A stretch of DNA of 64,000 nt from Paragordius varius. Taxonomy: Eukaryota; Animalia; Nematomorpha. Of this stretch, positions 53,101 through 64,000 are shown in pieces. The stretch spans positions 620,001 to 684,000 of the forward strand of contig OZ176057.1 in NCBI GenBank assembly GCA_964247055.1, in the 5' to 3' direction. The translations under genes and the position numbers were made by a program. The first letter of the stretch is position 1. Every line of letters starts with the position of its first letter. The notes beneath the pieces are model-generated. The model did no database searches and was not told where the DNA came from. It worked only from the letters and a program-made list of their open reading frames with translations.

Positions 53101-56100
53101 AAGGACCAAAATGAGTGTGTTGTATCCAAGTGTTAATTGGAATTTAATTATAAATGGATATCATTTTAAAAACATTATTTATATTCTAGGTGGTATTTTT
53201 AAACCGAACGCCCAAAAAAATCTCAATTGCGAACAAAGGGATGAAAAGTGTTATTTCTGTAAATTATGAAATTTACTTGATTAAAATTTATAAAAACCAA
53301 AATCGTTTTCAGATTTTTTTCTAAAAAATGTTTAGTGATTATACATGAGAACCGGCCGGAGCTAAATACAATTTTAAAATTTTTTCTTAACTGTTTTCAT
53401 TAGGGCGTTCTGCAATTTTCTCAAAACAGTCAATTAAATATTCTCCAATAAAGGTTTAATTTTTTGTTAAAAAATTAACCTATTAGTCCCAAAAGAAATA
53501 GGGAGGAATTATTATTAAATATTTGATTAGTTAATAACAAAAATGCAAAGTTTTGCCATACCCAACAAAGTTGTCGATATCTCATGAATAATATTAAGAA
53601 ATTATTTTTTAAATCCTTGAAAAAAAATGACTTACTTTGATCGTTTTCCCCGTTAAAATATTTGTAAAAGGGTCTCTGATATGAAACATGTAAGCCCATG
53701 GCATAATCTTGCCCAGAATACTGAGCAGAGACAGCCAGAATCTCTTGATAAAATCGAACTTCATAAAAATAATTACGGCACACAATCTTGAACGGGGGAC
53801 ACCAATGTGGACAAAAATCAGGTTGTTCACTATAAATATATATAAATTAAAACGGAAAATATAAATATAAATACTTTTTCCCTAAGATAAACATATTCCT
53901 TTTTTAGATACTCCTAAAATTTTAAAATACATAATTAATTTTTAGAGTACAGTCATGTATATATAGAATTGACAAAGATTCGTTTTTAAATGATTATAAC
54001 TTGTTTTTAATTGTTTTGATGTTCGTTCAACATGCGCATTTTTAAGCCTTATGTTGAAAGACATAAACATCAAAACAATTAAAAACAAATTTTAATCATT
54101 TAAAAACGAATGTTTGTCAATTCTACATATACATGACTGTAATATACATCTCTATTTCATACTTTGCGTTTCAAAAACAATTCCGTTTTTATTTTTACAG
54201 TATAATGAAATAATAATTAATATAAAACATCCATAAAATCTCAATTTTTTTAAATATATAGCCTATTATTTTGGGTGAAAAATAAGTTTTAGACCCTTGA
54301 TTATATATTCCACAACTCTCTTCATTCAAGTTATAAAAAATTAAGGATTAGGTAATATGATTAGTTTTTTTTCTATTTTTTAGCCGTAAAATTTGTCTAC
54401 GAAACAATATACTGATTAACATACATACTTACTTTTTATTCAGAGTGTACTCTTTAATATCTTGATTTAACTCATAGTAAAACTTTAAGAAACGACTCAA
54501 GTATGGTTCCCGTGTAGCATCAATGTCTAAAAGGTATTTCCAAAATTTCAAATCATTTTCCACCACATCATACGTGGGTTTTTTCCAGGAAGATTTAATT
54601 TTAGGTTCTGACTTATAATTTGAATTATAATTGCCATGTTGTGACTGTTTGCTTTTGGAGGAGGGAAATGATAAACTTTGGTCTTCTTGTAAAAATATAG
54701 TATATAGACAAAAGGTAAAAACAAAAAATGAGAATATATTTTTTTAAAAAAGACAACCATATACTTTTTCATAAACTTTTTTTTACACAAATGATATTGA
54801 AAATCAAGGGTGTCCAACACAAATGGCTTCGCGGCGGCATTTTTGGATCAAAAAATTCGGGTCGCATTTGGAGAAAATATATGGGTATCCACAAATATTT
54901 CAATAGATTTTAGATCTAAGACTGTAAAAACAATATATTTTAACATTTTTTGCAAATCCATTGCCGATTGAAAATTTATCAGAAACTTGTTTAAGAAATA
55001 ATTTTTTCTTAGATTTTGTTAAATTTTGTATTTGAAATTTCTTGCAGGCAGCAGAATTATGTTGGAGGGCTGCGTTTTGAACACCCTTCTTTTAAATTAT
55101 ATCATTTAGTATATTACATATCAATTCCAATTTCTCAAACCAAAACAATTATTTTAGTTTCATAAATATTGAAATACATAAAAAACAGTAGAGAATTGTT
55201 TTTAAATACAAAATTATTTGACTATTTTGTCTGAATAAATTCATTTTTTACTGTTCTTGTCTGTAAATTCTTTTTGATCGTTTTCCCAATGATCGTTGTG
55301 AATATGATATGTTGTGTGTGGTTCTGGTTCAATATTCTCATTGGGAGGCAACTCAGATTTTGGATTCCAAGATTTAGTTTCCACGCTTTTATATGATTTA
55401 ATTTCTGGCGATGCTTTTTGATTCCAATCCGTAGTTTTTTCATCGTCACCATTGTGCGGATCGTTATGTTTTAGATCATATTCATATCCATGCGTTTCAT
55501 CATAACCGTAGGCGTCGGGTCTAAATATTAAATTTGTTTTATAACATTTTCTCTCTTATATAAAAGTTTTGCCAGTCAATTTGACACTTCATAACCTTTC
55601 TTTTTTGTCATAGTTTAACTTTTAGGATAATTTTATATCCCAGAGTTCAATTTCGTAAATAAACTACAGTTTTTAAAAATTATTTAAAATATAATTACCA
55701 AACACTGTTCTGATTTACTAGGTAAGGCTTATGGTTTTTAGTTTTGTGATTTTTAGAGTTTAAAATTGGGACAGCTTAAAAGAACGATCTAAACGAACAG
55801 CTGATATTAATATCAAAATATATCAAGTTTTTGCTGGTTAAATGTAGCCCGAAAGCTTTTTAAAGTTTGTTTACATTTTCTAACCATAAATTACATTTCT
55901 TTGCCTGTTTCATTAGCGATTTAAAAAAATCGTAGAAAAAAATGCCGGTTAAAAGTTTGAAATGAGAATTTTTTTACAATTTTGTATTTTTTAAAAAATT
56001 CATTTTGTATAATGCGCCTTAAGAGAGCATATTTTTAAATTCGGCTTATAGTTTCAAATGCTTTTTAAAATATTACTATGAATCGCTCTGGTCGATAAAA

Positions 56101-57050
56101 TAAACCCAAAAGGCGATGAAATGTTAACCATTTCTCAGTCCAAGGCTCAGTTTTTTTCAATCCATCGAAACAAATTAGTATTTTGGATGATTTAAACAAA
56201 AGGTTCTGTTGGTCAAAGCTGTAATTTTATTTTAAACATAAGCTCATATTATAATTGGCTATTTAAGTTTTTGTACAATTTGAATACTAGTGCAAAACGT
56301 ATTTTATGTTTACAGATATCTCTTTTTTTGTAAACAAAGTGTATATTAGTAGAATTCCCTTTCTCTTACTTCTAAAGTACCTACAATACATTTAATTTGC
56401 TATTCAAATCCAAATATATTATAAAAAAATCAAAAAATAGCGATCTTTGGCAAAAAATATTTGTCATTTTATTTTTACGTTTTGTAATATCCGTATAATT
56501 TTAATTTTTACTGTATAAAAAAATCTTACTGTCCTTCATTTTGATAGGCTAAGATTGGTTCCCAGTCTTGTTCTTCTTCCCAGTCCTCACCATTCTTTTC
56601 AACAGATTTTTTTATAATCGTTTTGGAACGATTTGAGGCGACCTCTAGATTTTTTTTCATCATAAGACATAATAATTTTTACAAACTTTATTATTATATT
56701 TATGTTTGTCAAAGTAAAGATATATCGTAATGAGGATTTTTATTGTTATATTTGATAAATCCGCTAAAAGGCCATATACTGCATAGTTTAAACTCGGTTA
56801 ACATCATATATTATTAATAAATTGCCAGCTTAAAACAACCCAAAATGTAATTTTAATTTTCATCAAAGGAATAAAAAACAGTGTTTAAAATTGCTTTATA
56901 TATACCATTTTTAGGAAGAGATTTCGCATCGGATTCCAATGATGGGGTATTCACAATAAAGGCTGGTAAAGCCTTATCAGACTCATTGTAACACTGTATT
57001 AATGGGAATAAATATATGAAGGCCAAAAGAATGCTCCCCTTTAATACCAT
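50188..57050 (-). CDS. Secreted SOUL/heme-binding-family protein with long N-terminal extension, 8 exons, 463 aa
   Basis: Exons 57050-56906, 56644-56530, 55520-55252, 54685-54433, 53829-53636, 52300-52134, 51304-51144, 50275-50188; GT-AG, phase-compatible, 1392 nt open. Signal-like MVLKGSILLAFIYLFPLIQC. SOUL-like motifs WCPPFKIVCRNYFYEVRFY, YFNGENDQNKTMELTVPLW, PPEPLDKRLKIVKVPARKIYVRMYSG and HNELWVPV. The last five exons are well supported by the paralog; the exon 2 acceptor is weaker. Confidence 0.75.
51486..51677. mobile_element. GC-richer MITE-like element in an intron
   Basis: Terminal IR CAGAGGCTTAGCT / AGCTACGCCTCTG; no TSD recognised. Confidence 0.5.
52551..53132. mobile_element. piggyBac-like MITE, 582 bp, TTAA target duplication
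   Basis: TTAA|CACTTCGAT...ATCCAAGTG|TTAA, plus a perfect 19-bp asymmetrically placed internal IR TTCGATTCAAATTGGGGTA / TACCCCAATTTGAATCGAA. Confidence 0.75.
53950..54139. mobile_element. 190-bp near-perfect palindromic MITE (TA|CAG...CTG|TA)
   Basis: ~75-bp inverted arms CAGTCATGTATATATAGAATTGACAAAGATTCG.. / ..CGAATGTTTGTCAATTCTACATATACATGACTG with TA flanks. Confidence 0.85.
54806..55089. mobile_element. hAT-like MITE remnant
   Basis: Ends AAGGGTGTCCAA / TTGAACACCCTT with a GCGGCGGCA subterminal motif. Related remnants at about 28700-28966 and 61652-61860. No 8-bp TSD seen. Confidence 0.5.
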
Positions 57051-58280
57051 AATAAATATTTATAGATGGAATGAAATATAAAATCTACAGGGGGTGTTAA
57101 TAATATTTTATGATGACAAATTTTTATTATCAGTTAAAAGAGGAGATTAATTTAGGTTTAATAACACACGTACTAAATTTGACATATTTTAAACTTTTGC
57201 CATTTTGACATAATATTTGACAGATGAGGCATTTTTTATATCCATGACCCTTTCTTTACCTTACAAAATTATAAATAGGATAGATGCATTTCATACCATC
57301 TTAAATTTCGGTTAAAATTTTAAACAAATACACATTTGAATAATGTTTAATACTATGTATATTTTCTCTAAAAATAAAATTTTAAGCATTAAATTAGAGT
57401 TTAAATTCCAATATTTTAAAAATTTAATGGGTAGGTTATTAAAAAACAACTTTTTGACTTGCAAATCAAATGAATGCAAGTTTCATCTTGAAGATGGGTG
57501 ATAAACGGCATAAGTCTTGTCTTTTGCTTATGAATGTAACATTTTTTTGGCACTTTTGGGGATTTTGCACTTACTTTTGAAATGCCTAAAAAATGTATGG
57601 AATATATATAAAACACCTATACTTGTCTTCACATGATAAAAATTTCAGTGTGTTTAAGTTTGAAACGTATATCTGAGTGTTTATAGTTTTTATAAGTAAA
57701 AAACTTGTTGAATCTTAATTGCACGATTATCTATATATTCAAAAGTGGAAACATGTCGATTTGATGGAATACTAAAATTAAATATATGGTTGTTCCATAT
57801 AAATCAGTTGGCTGCAAAAAAATATTATACAAGTGCCATGCCCTGACACATTTGCAGATATTTATATTTAAAATAAATACATTTTAATAAATAATTCAGG
57901 ACCATAAGAAACTACGTTTAGGGCCGCGGTTTGAGCTCCGATGATATAATTAGCATTATTTTCAATTATTTTTCATCCATTGACCTAATGCAAAAATAAT
58001 TTGAATATAATAGGGTTAAATTTATATGGCTTACGAATGTTAATAAAATTTTTCTCATTATGTCAGTTTTAAAATTTGTATTATCACATTTTAATATGTA
58101 GAGGCGACGGTAATCCATTGACCTGGAAAAATAGTTTGTTTTAACTTAACTAAAACTATGGCTGTCATATAATTTTGTGTTATTTTAAAATTAACACTTT
58201 TTACGTTTTTAGGCAAAATTATCACACAATAAAACATTTTTAGAGTTGACGACTTTAATCAATTTTCTATATTCGCTTCA

Positions 58281-61200
58281 ATGAGTTATATATTACTCTA
58301 TTATACTATTTGTCTTTGGTTCTGTTCAACAATATTTTATCATCCTTCTTTGATTCAATCTCAAAGAGTTTCATTTCTTAAAAATGGTATTTAAGGATTT
58401 TAAACATTTTAGATACTGGTATTATAAGGAGGCAGGCAGAAAAAAAACCAATAAAATCTCAATTATATGAAAACCATATTCCTCAGAATTATGATTTAAA
58501 AGATTGGAATGATATGGAGAACGTAGAAAATCCCTACCAACATTGGGGGAAACAAATCGTGTCCCATAACAAGTTTTTTTAGTTTTCTTAAAATTTTGAT
58601 ATTTTTATTTAGCAATTATATTAACAGTAATTATTGATATTATACAAACAAACATAGAAAAACATATAGGCAAATATTTTTTTCAAAAAACAGCTGTACT
58701 TTTTTAACCCTAATTATATCCTATGGCCATTAATTAATAAGAATTGCTAAATATGTAATTTCCAATCTATGTTTTATACGAAATTTAAAACAATTAGACT
58801 TATATTAAAAACCAAGTTTTTAAAAAAGTACAGCGGTAACTTTGAAAGAAATATTCGTCTGTATGTTTTTACGTTTTGTCCTCTGCATAATTTCAATTTT
58901 TTGTGATTACCTTTTTTATAAGCCATGAGGCATCATGGGAACCGACTGAGAGATATGATAATAAAGAAGGTACCAATTTTCCTGATAGGCGAATTGAGCC
59001 ACAAAAATCATACCAACAACCGTCTCAACAACCTAAATCAAATGTCGGAAAAAATGATCATTGGGTACAAAATAGTTTAAATAGTAATAATGTGAAATCA
59101 AAAAGTCAAAATAAAAAGACAGTTAAAAAAGAATAGGGTCGTCTTTTGCAAACATGTTTGTTTTAAAGTTTTTCCGTTTATAGTATTTTCAATTTTTAAT
59201 GTATGATGACAATTTTTAGGGTAAGCATCCTCCCCATAAACATCATTATCACAAACATTATGAGTTATACAATGGCGATAGTATCAACACCCCCGAGAAT
59301 GAATTAAAATTTTGGGAATTTCTGGGGGCATACGAGGGCTCGCGACAGCCATTTTGGAGTCCGTTCATTAAATTTACCATAAATTTGTATCAGGATATCA
59401 CGGATTATCAAGTTTCTAAAAAGTATTTTACTGTGTATTGAACTTTACACAAGAGGATTTACACCTCAAATTTCCTTGACTCGAACATATCAAATTCCTT
59501 GAACATTTCAAATTTACCCTAAAATAAATTATGTGGTTTGGGCTGCTAAACATAACTCATCATAAATATGATTTATTTGTTTATGGCATAGTTTATTCTT
59601 TTTTTCCTGGTATCATGTTAATTTTAAACGAAATTTTATTTTTTATAAATATATAAAATAATTTATGTAATATTTATTTCTCCAACCATTATAGATAAAA
59701 TTTGAATAAATCAAGGGTAAGTTTGAATTGTTTAAGGGTAAATTTGACGTCTCAATGGTATATACATTATTTCTATCATCAACATAAAAAATCATAGTGG
59801 CAAACCCGAATTTTGTCGAAACTACTGGTGTCCCCCGTTTAAAGTTGTATGCCGAAACAGTTTTTATGAGGTAAGATATTACCCAAAAACTTACGTGGTT
59901 GCTACCCAAATAACGGGCAAAGAATTTTCTGGAAACATTTTTCAAACGTACACGCAAAGTTATTTGCGCTACTTTGCAGGGGAAAACGATCAAAGTATAT
60001 ACATAAATTTTATGATTGGGTATATTATTTATAAAAGATCAATCTAAAAAATAAATTCTGTTCTGTTCTGTTTAACAAAGCAAAATTTAGCATTTCGGTA
60101 ACTAATTTACAGTTAAATTGGCCGTAATTCCATTATTTTCTCAAAAATGTTTAAATAAATCTTTTTCTGTGGTCATTAACACCATGATTTCATTTAAAAA
60201 ACTCTAAGAACAAAAATAATTTAGCATTCTTATTAGTTCTGACTCCACTATTAACTGTGTCCATATTTAGACAAAAATTGATCAAATTATATTTCAAAAT
60301 ATATTACTTTTTTTTATTAGATTTACCCCCGATTAGGGCTATAAACAAAAAAGTACATATACGGTTTTATTGTTACGCTCTTATTAGATCTCACTCTACC
60401 ATTAACTGTTCCCATATTTGGAATGCCACCCCAGGTCGAATATACGGATGATTATTTGTACAGATCTTTGATGGATGATTCATTGGGTTCAGTTATTTAT
60501 TCATTTTTGCCTAGCACCTATTACAAACATCCGCCTCAACCGCTAAACCCTCGAGTTAGCCCATCAAAAAATTTTTTCATACATTTTTTTTGAGTTTTTT
60601 TTGTAAGGGCCATGTTTTTTTTTCATTCTACACCTCGAGTATCAATCGAATATACGGATAAAGCGTAAAATCAAATTAGGCTAGATTTATCGTAATCATG
60701 TTTATGAATCTTTTTAAAAATAATATTTTTTAAGAGTTGGGGTCAGATTTGAATAATCCAAAGATTCAAATCTATCTGAGTGAATGAAAAAAGAATGCAC
60801 AAATTGCTGAATATACAGTTAGATTTATACGGACAAAGGGTGAAATAAAGACATATATATTTTTCAAAAGACCGCTCTAAATTTTGAGCTTGATTCTATT
60901 AAAAAACTTTGTATAAAATTGCCAAGTGTAAAGGATATATATTACAATCCAATTCTTTTTACAATTGTGATATACGGTTTCTGAATGATTAAAAGTGATA
61001 TTGATTTAAAAGTATATGTTAAAAAATAGGTTAAGAATGATAAAAAGATGAATGGTAAACGATTTGATTTATAATAATTATAAACAAAACAAAAATGTTA
61101 AAGGACCAACTTGAATTGTTGAAGGACCAATTTAAAGTGTTGAAAGATTAACTTGAAATGTTCAAGAACCAACTTAAAGTGTTTAAGGACACTCTTGAAG

Positions 61201-62065
61201 TTCAAATGATTATAGGATATTAAGGTTTTTGAAAAGTATGGTTTTCAAAAATATTTATCTTTATATTTTTATGCTTCGTTCTCTATATTTTTTTTGCCTG
61301 ATTTTCTTTTTATTGTCGATAGTTAAAAGTAATTACATTACCCGCCCAAAAGTATTATGTAAAAATGTATTCTGGACCCTATATGCCAGCACCGTTGTAT
61401 GAAAAAGGCCGTGGTTTTATCGAAACCCTTAAAATGAATGGACAAAAAGTGAAAGTTGGATATCGATTTGCCGCTTACGATCCGTATAAATTTTTATTTT
61501 TAACATTTTTTTACATTTTTATACAATTTATTTTTCATAATACATGGGCTTGGAATTAACACATGTGTGTTTCATGTTTGCAGTAAAAATAGTTATAAAG
61601 ATAGTTAGACAAGAAAATAATTTATTTGATTTTTCTCCATATTATAACATAATGTCCAACAAAATTGGCTTTGCGGGCCGCATTTCTGACATTAAAAATT
61701 AGGCGAAGTTTTAGATAATAAGTTAATTTGAAAAGAGATATTCACAAAAAATTGTAAATAGCTTATATATGAAAATTATGAAATTTCTTATTTTATTTGC
61801 CAATTTAACAAAAAATTCAGGGGCCGCACAAAACAACTTAAAGAGCCGTGTGTTGGGCTTCCATGTCATAAATGACTACACAATACATGTGTTATCAATC
61901 TCTAATCCATATTTTGCTCCTAAAAATTTTTCTTTTCGCTTTTACGTTTTGTCTTTATATCAATTTTAATACTGTATATGTAGATATGATCATAGCGAAT
62001 TCCTGAACATACACAATGAGTTATGGGTCCCGGTCAGCAAATGGCAAAAAGATCCTTATTGTTAA
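58281..62065 (+). CDS. Secreted SOUL/heme-binding-family protein paralog, 8 exons, 424 aa
   Basis: Exons 58281-58386, 58413-58572, 58923-59121, 59220-59422, 59798-59994, 60388-60554, 61323-61483, 61984-62065; GT-AG, 1275 nt open. Signal-like MSYILLYYTICLWFCSTIF. His-rich GKHPPHKHHYHKHY. SOUL-like WCPPFKVVCRNSFYEVRYYP, YFAGENDQNLTLPLTVPIF, PPQPLNPRLKVITLPAQKYYVKMYSG and HNELWVPV. Exons 6 and 7 (167 and 161 nt) equal those of the minus-strand paralog. Confidence 0.75.
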
Positions 62066-64000
62066 TCAATTTAAAAATCCTAAAAAAATAAATGAATTAT
62101 ATAGATATTTATGCTTAGATAATAATTTTATCGGAGATTTTGATCGTTGATTTTTCCTGGTATATACTTATGCCTTGAATGAATATTTAATCATTAGATT
62201 TGTAACCCATTACTTGTTTTTAAGGTCCAATTAAACTATGCGTTCTATACTTAAGGAGTGCTCTTACCAGCTTAGCTACAGGTTTAAAAGTCGGTCATTA
62301 TCATAACTGAGATGCATCCTTGTCGTGAATATAACACTATTTACTGATTAACCTTTTTATGGGATGACAAAATGTTAACCCTTTTTTAACAAAAATTAAT
62401 GAAACGAATCATAAATAATAATTAATGCAATATATACCACTTGATCATTTTATCCTAACATATTTATTATTTTTATCCATTTTTATATTTTATTACTTTA
62501 ATAGTTTTATTCAAAAAAACTCTTTAAAAAGATAGGTAAATTAAGTTGTGGCAAGATATGCTAATGAATAATAAAAAAAATGTTTTTAATTAAAATACTG
62601 ATTCCTCCTAGCTTATAAGGTATTAGAAATTACATGGGGAAATCTCTTGATAGACTGATTTCCATATGGACGACTTTACATTGTCCTGTCATGTTCTTTT
62701 TTTTAAATAAAATGGCACAGGAGGAATTTTATCTGTGATTTAAATGAGACCCGCAAATCTCGGTATAATGATTTAGAATATAAATATTATAACACAATTA
62801 GTTATATATTTGTCGGTATTATATGGTGTATGCCCCCTTGACACAAAAAAATTTTGCGACCCGTCAGATTTTTTGGTGAGTACCACTGCATTTAACCGTA
62901 TTCGCCATGTTAATATATATCTTAACACCTTTTCTTTAATTCCAAGATCGGTTCTATATGCCTTTTATTATCTTTAACACGATCGGGTTAAAAAATAAAC
63001 CATTAAAAATTTTTGCTCATATAGAAAATCACTTGATATTAATCAAGTATTTATTTGCTTTTGTGGATCGTAACCAATCCTTTAATAAATTAATATTTAA
63101 TAAAAATTACACGGAAAATTAATTTTTATAAAAAAGTTATTCATGTAACTTAAAATTTGATTAAGCATTGCTATTAGAAATCGGCTAAATTTAAAATTTA
63201 AAAAATTTTATAAATGGAAATATTAAGAGCTACAAAATGGTTAGTATTCAAACTAAGCAGGTAATATCTTCTCAAAGTTGACATTCCTTATACTGTAAAA
63301 AATCTACATACAACTCTCTTTAAATTTCAATATAATAAATCACTTTGAAAATAAAATACGGTGGTCCAAATTCTTAAAAGTGAAGTTTCTCTCGTTTCCA
63401 ATAATAATGATTAAATAAATATCTTTATTATATTCTACGTTAATAATAGCTGGATAAAAAATCAATTTAATTTTTTTACCCTTTGAGATCGTTTGAAGAT
63501 TAACATAAAAATTGAATTTAATTATAAATATGAATTTTATGCCTTTTAGGCCCATTATACAAAATGATAATGCAGCAAAAAAATTTATTTAGAGGGCCTA
63601 GTTTGGATTTTGAAAATAAACAAAATGTTTTTAATGACATCAGATCTATGTATCGATTTTAAATATTTGATGTTGGGGAGGAGCTATATAGAATATTGCT
63701 ACTCAAACTGCGGCCCTAAAAGTGCTTTTTATGGCCATAAGCATTTATTTGGAATATAAACATCTGCAAATGTGTCAAATAGCATAAAAATTTTATCGGT
63801 ATTGTGGCCTTGAGAACATAATAAGATATTTTATAAAACAACTACTAGGGTCTTATATTATTATTATATAACTTAAAGTATATAATTAGGAGTATACGAA
63901 GCTTTCTTTATTGCAAATGAAGGACATCAACCTATATGGACGGTTTGTAAAAATGTGTGAGATTTATAAATTTAAAATATCATTATTTTCTTTATTTTAT

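Noticed and set aside
54433-59422. Four separate genes, with SOUL ORFs starting at 54760 and 59154 (the latter with a 19-nt intron)
   Set aside because: Both models need a 1-nt homopolymer frameshift. Splicing from the homologous ACA|GT donors (55252, 59121) joins the parts in frame without any correction.
61271-62065. Independent 87-aa secreted peptide gene starting at ATG 61271
   Set aside because: The segment aligns as the 161-nt exon 7 of the plus-strand SOUL gene, identical in length to its paralog exon. The hydrophobic start is the polypyrimidine tract.

Overview
Very AT-rich eukaryotic genomic DNA with spliceosomal introns. It is probably a fast-evolving animal, possibly a myxozoan-like parasite; this is inference from the divergent MRPS9, collagen-like remnants and very short introns. 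No rRNA, tRNA or CRISPR array was recognised. The window has three zones. (1) 1.5-28.5 kb is a multi-layer segmental-duplication zone with no intact gene. It holds four pseudogenic fragments of an SPCA/ATP2C1 Ca2+/Mn2+-ATPase, six Mos1-like mariner remnants, a Ty3/gypsy integrase remnant, a 725-bp foldback-type MITE, ten GC-rich hairpins, two unidentified ORF families, a 523-bp tandem array and two inverted-duplication junctions. (2) 31.0-40.3 kb holds an intact 14-exon mitochondrial ribosomal protein S9 gene (422 aa), assembled by hand with consistent splice phases. (3) 41-62 kb holds a 17-bp satellite, low-complexity DNA and a collagen-like pseudogene with apparent 16-17-nt introns, followed by two head-to-head 8-exon paralogs. 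Each paralog encodes a signal peptide, a long hydrophilic extension and a SOUL/heme-binding-family domain (463 and 424 aa). Many MITE families fill the introns. All gene models, alignments and family assignments were made by eye, without database searches.
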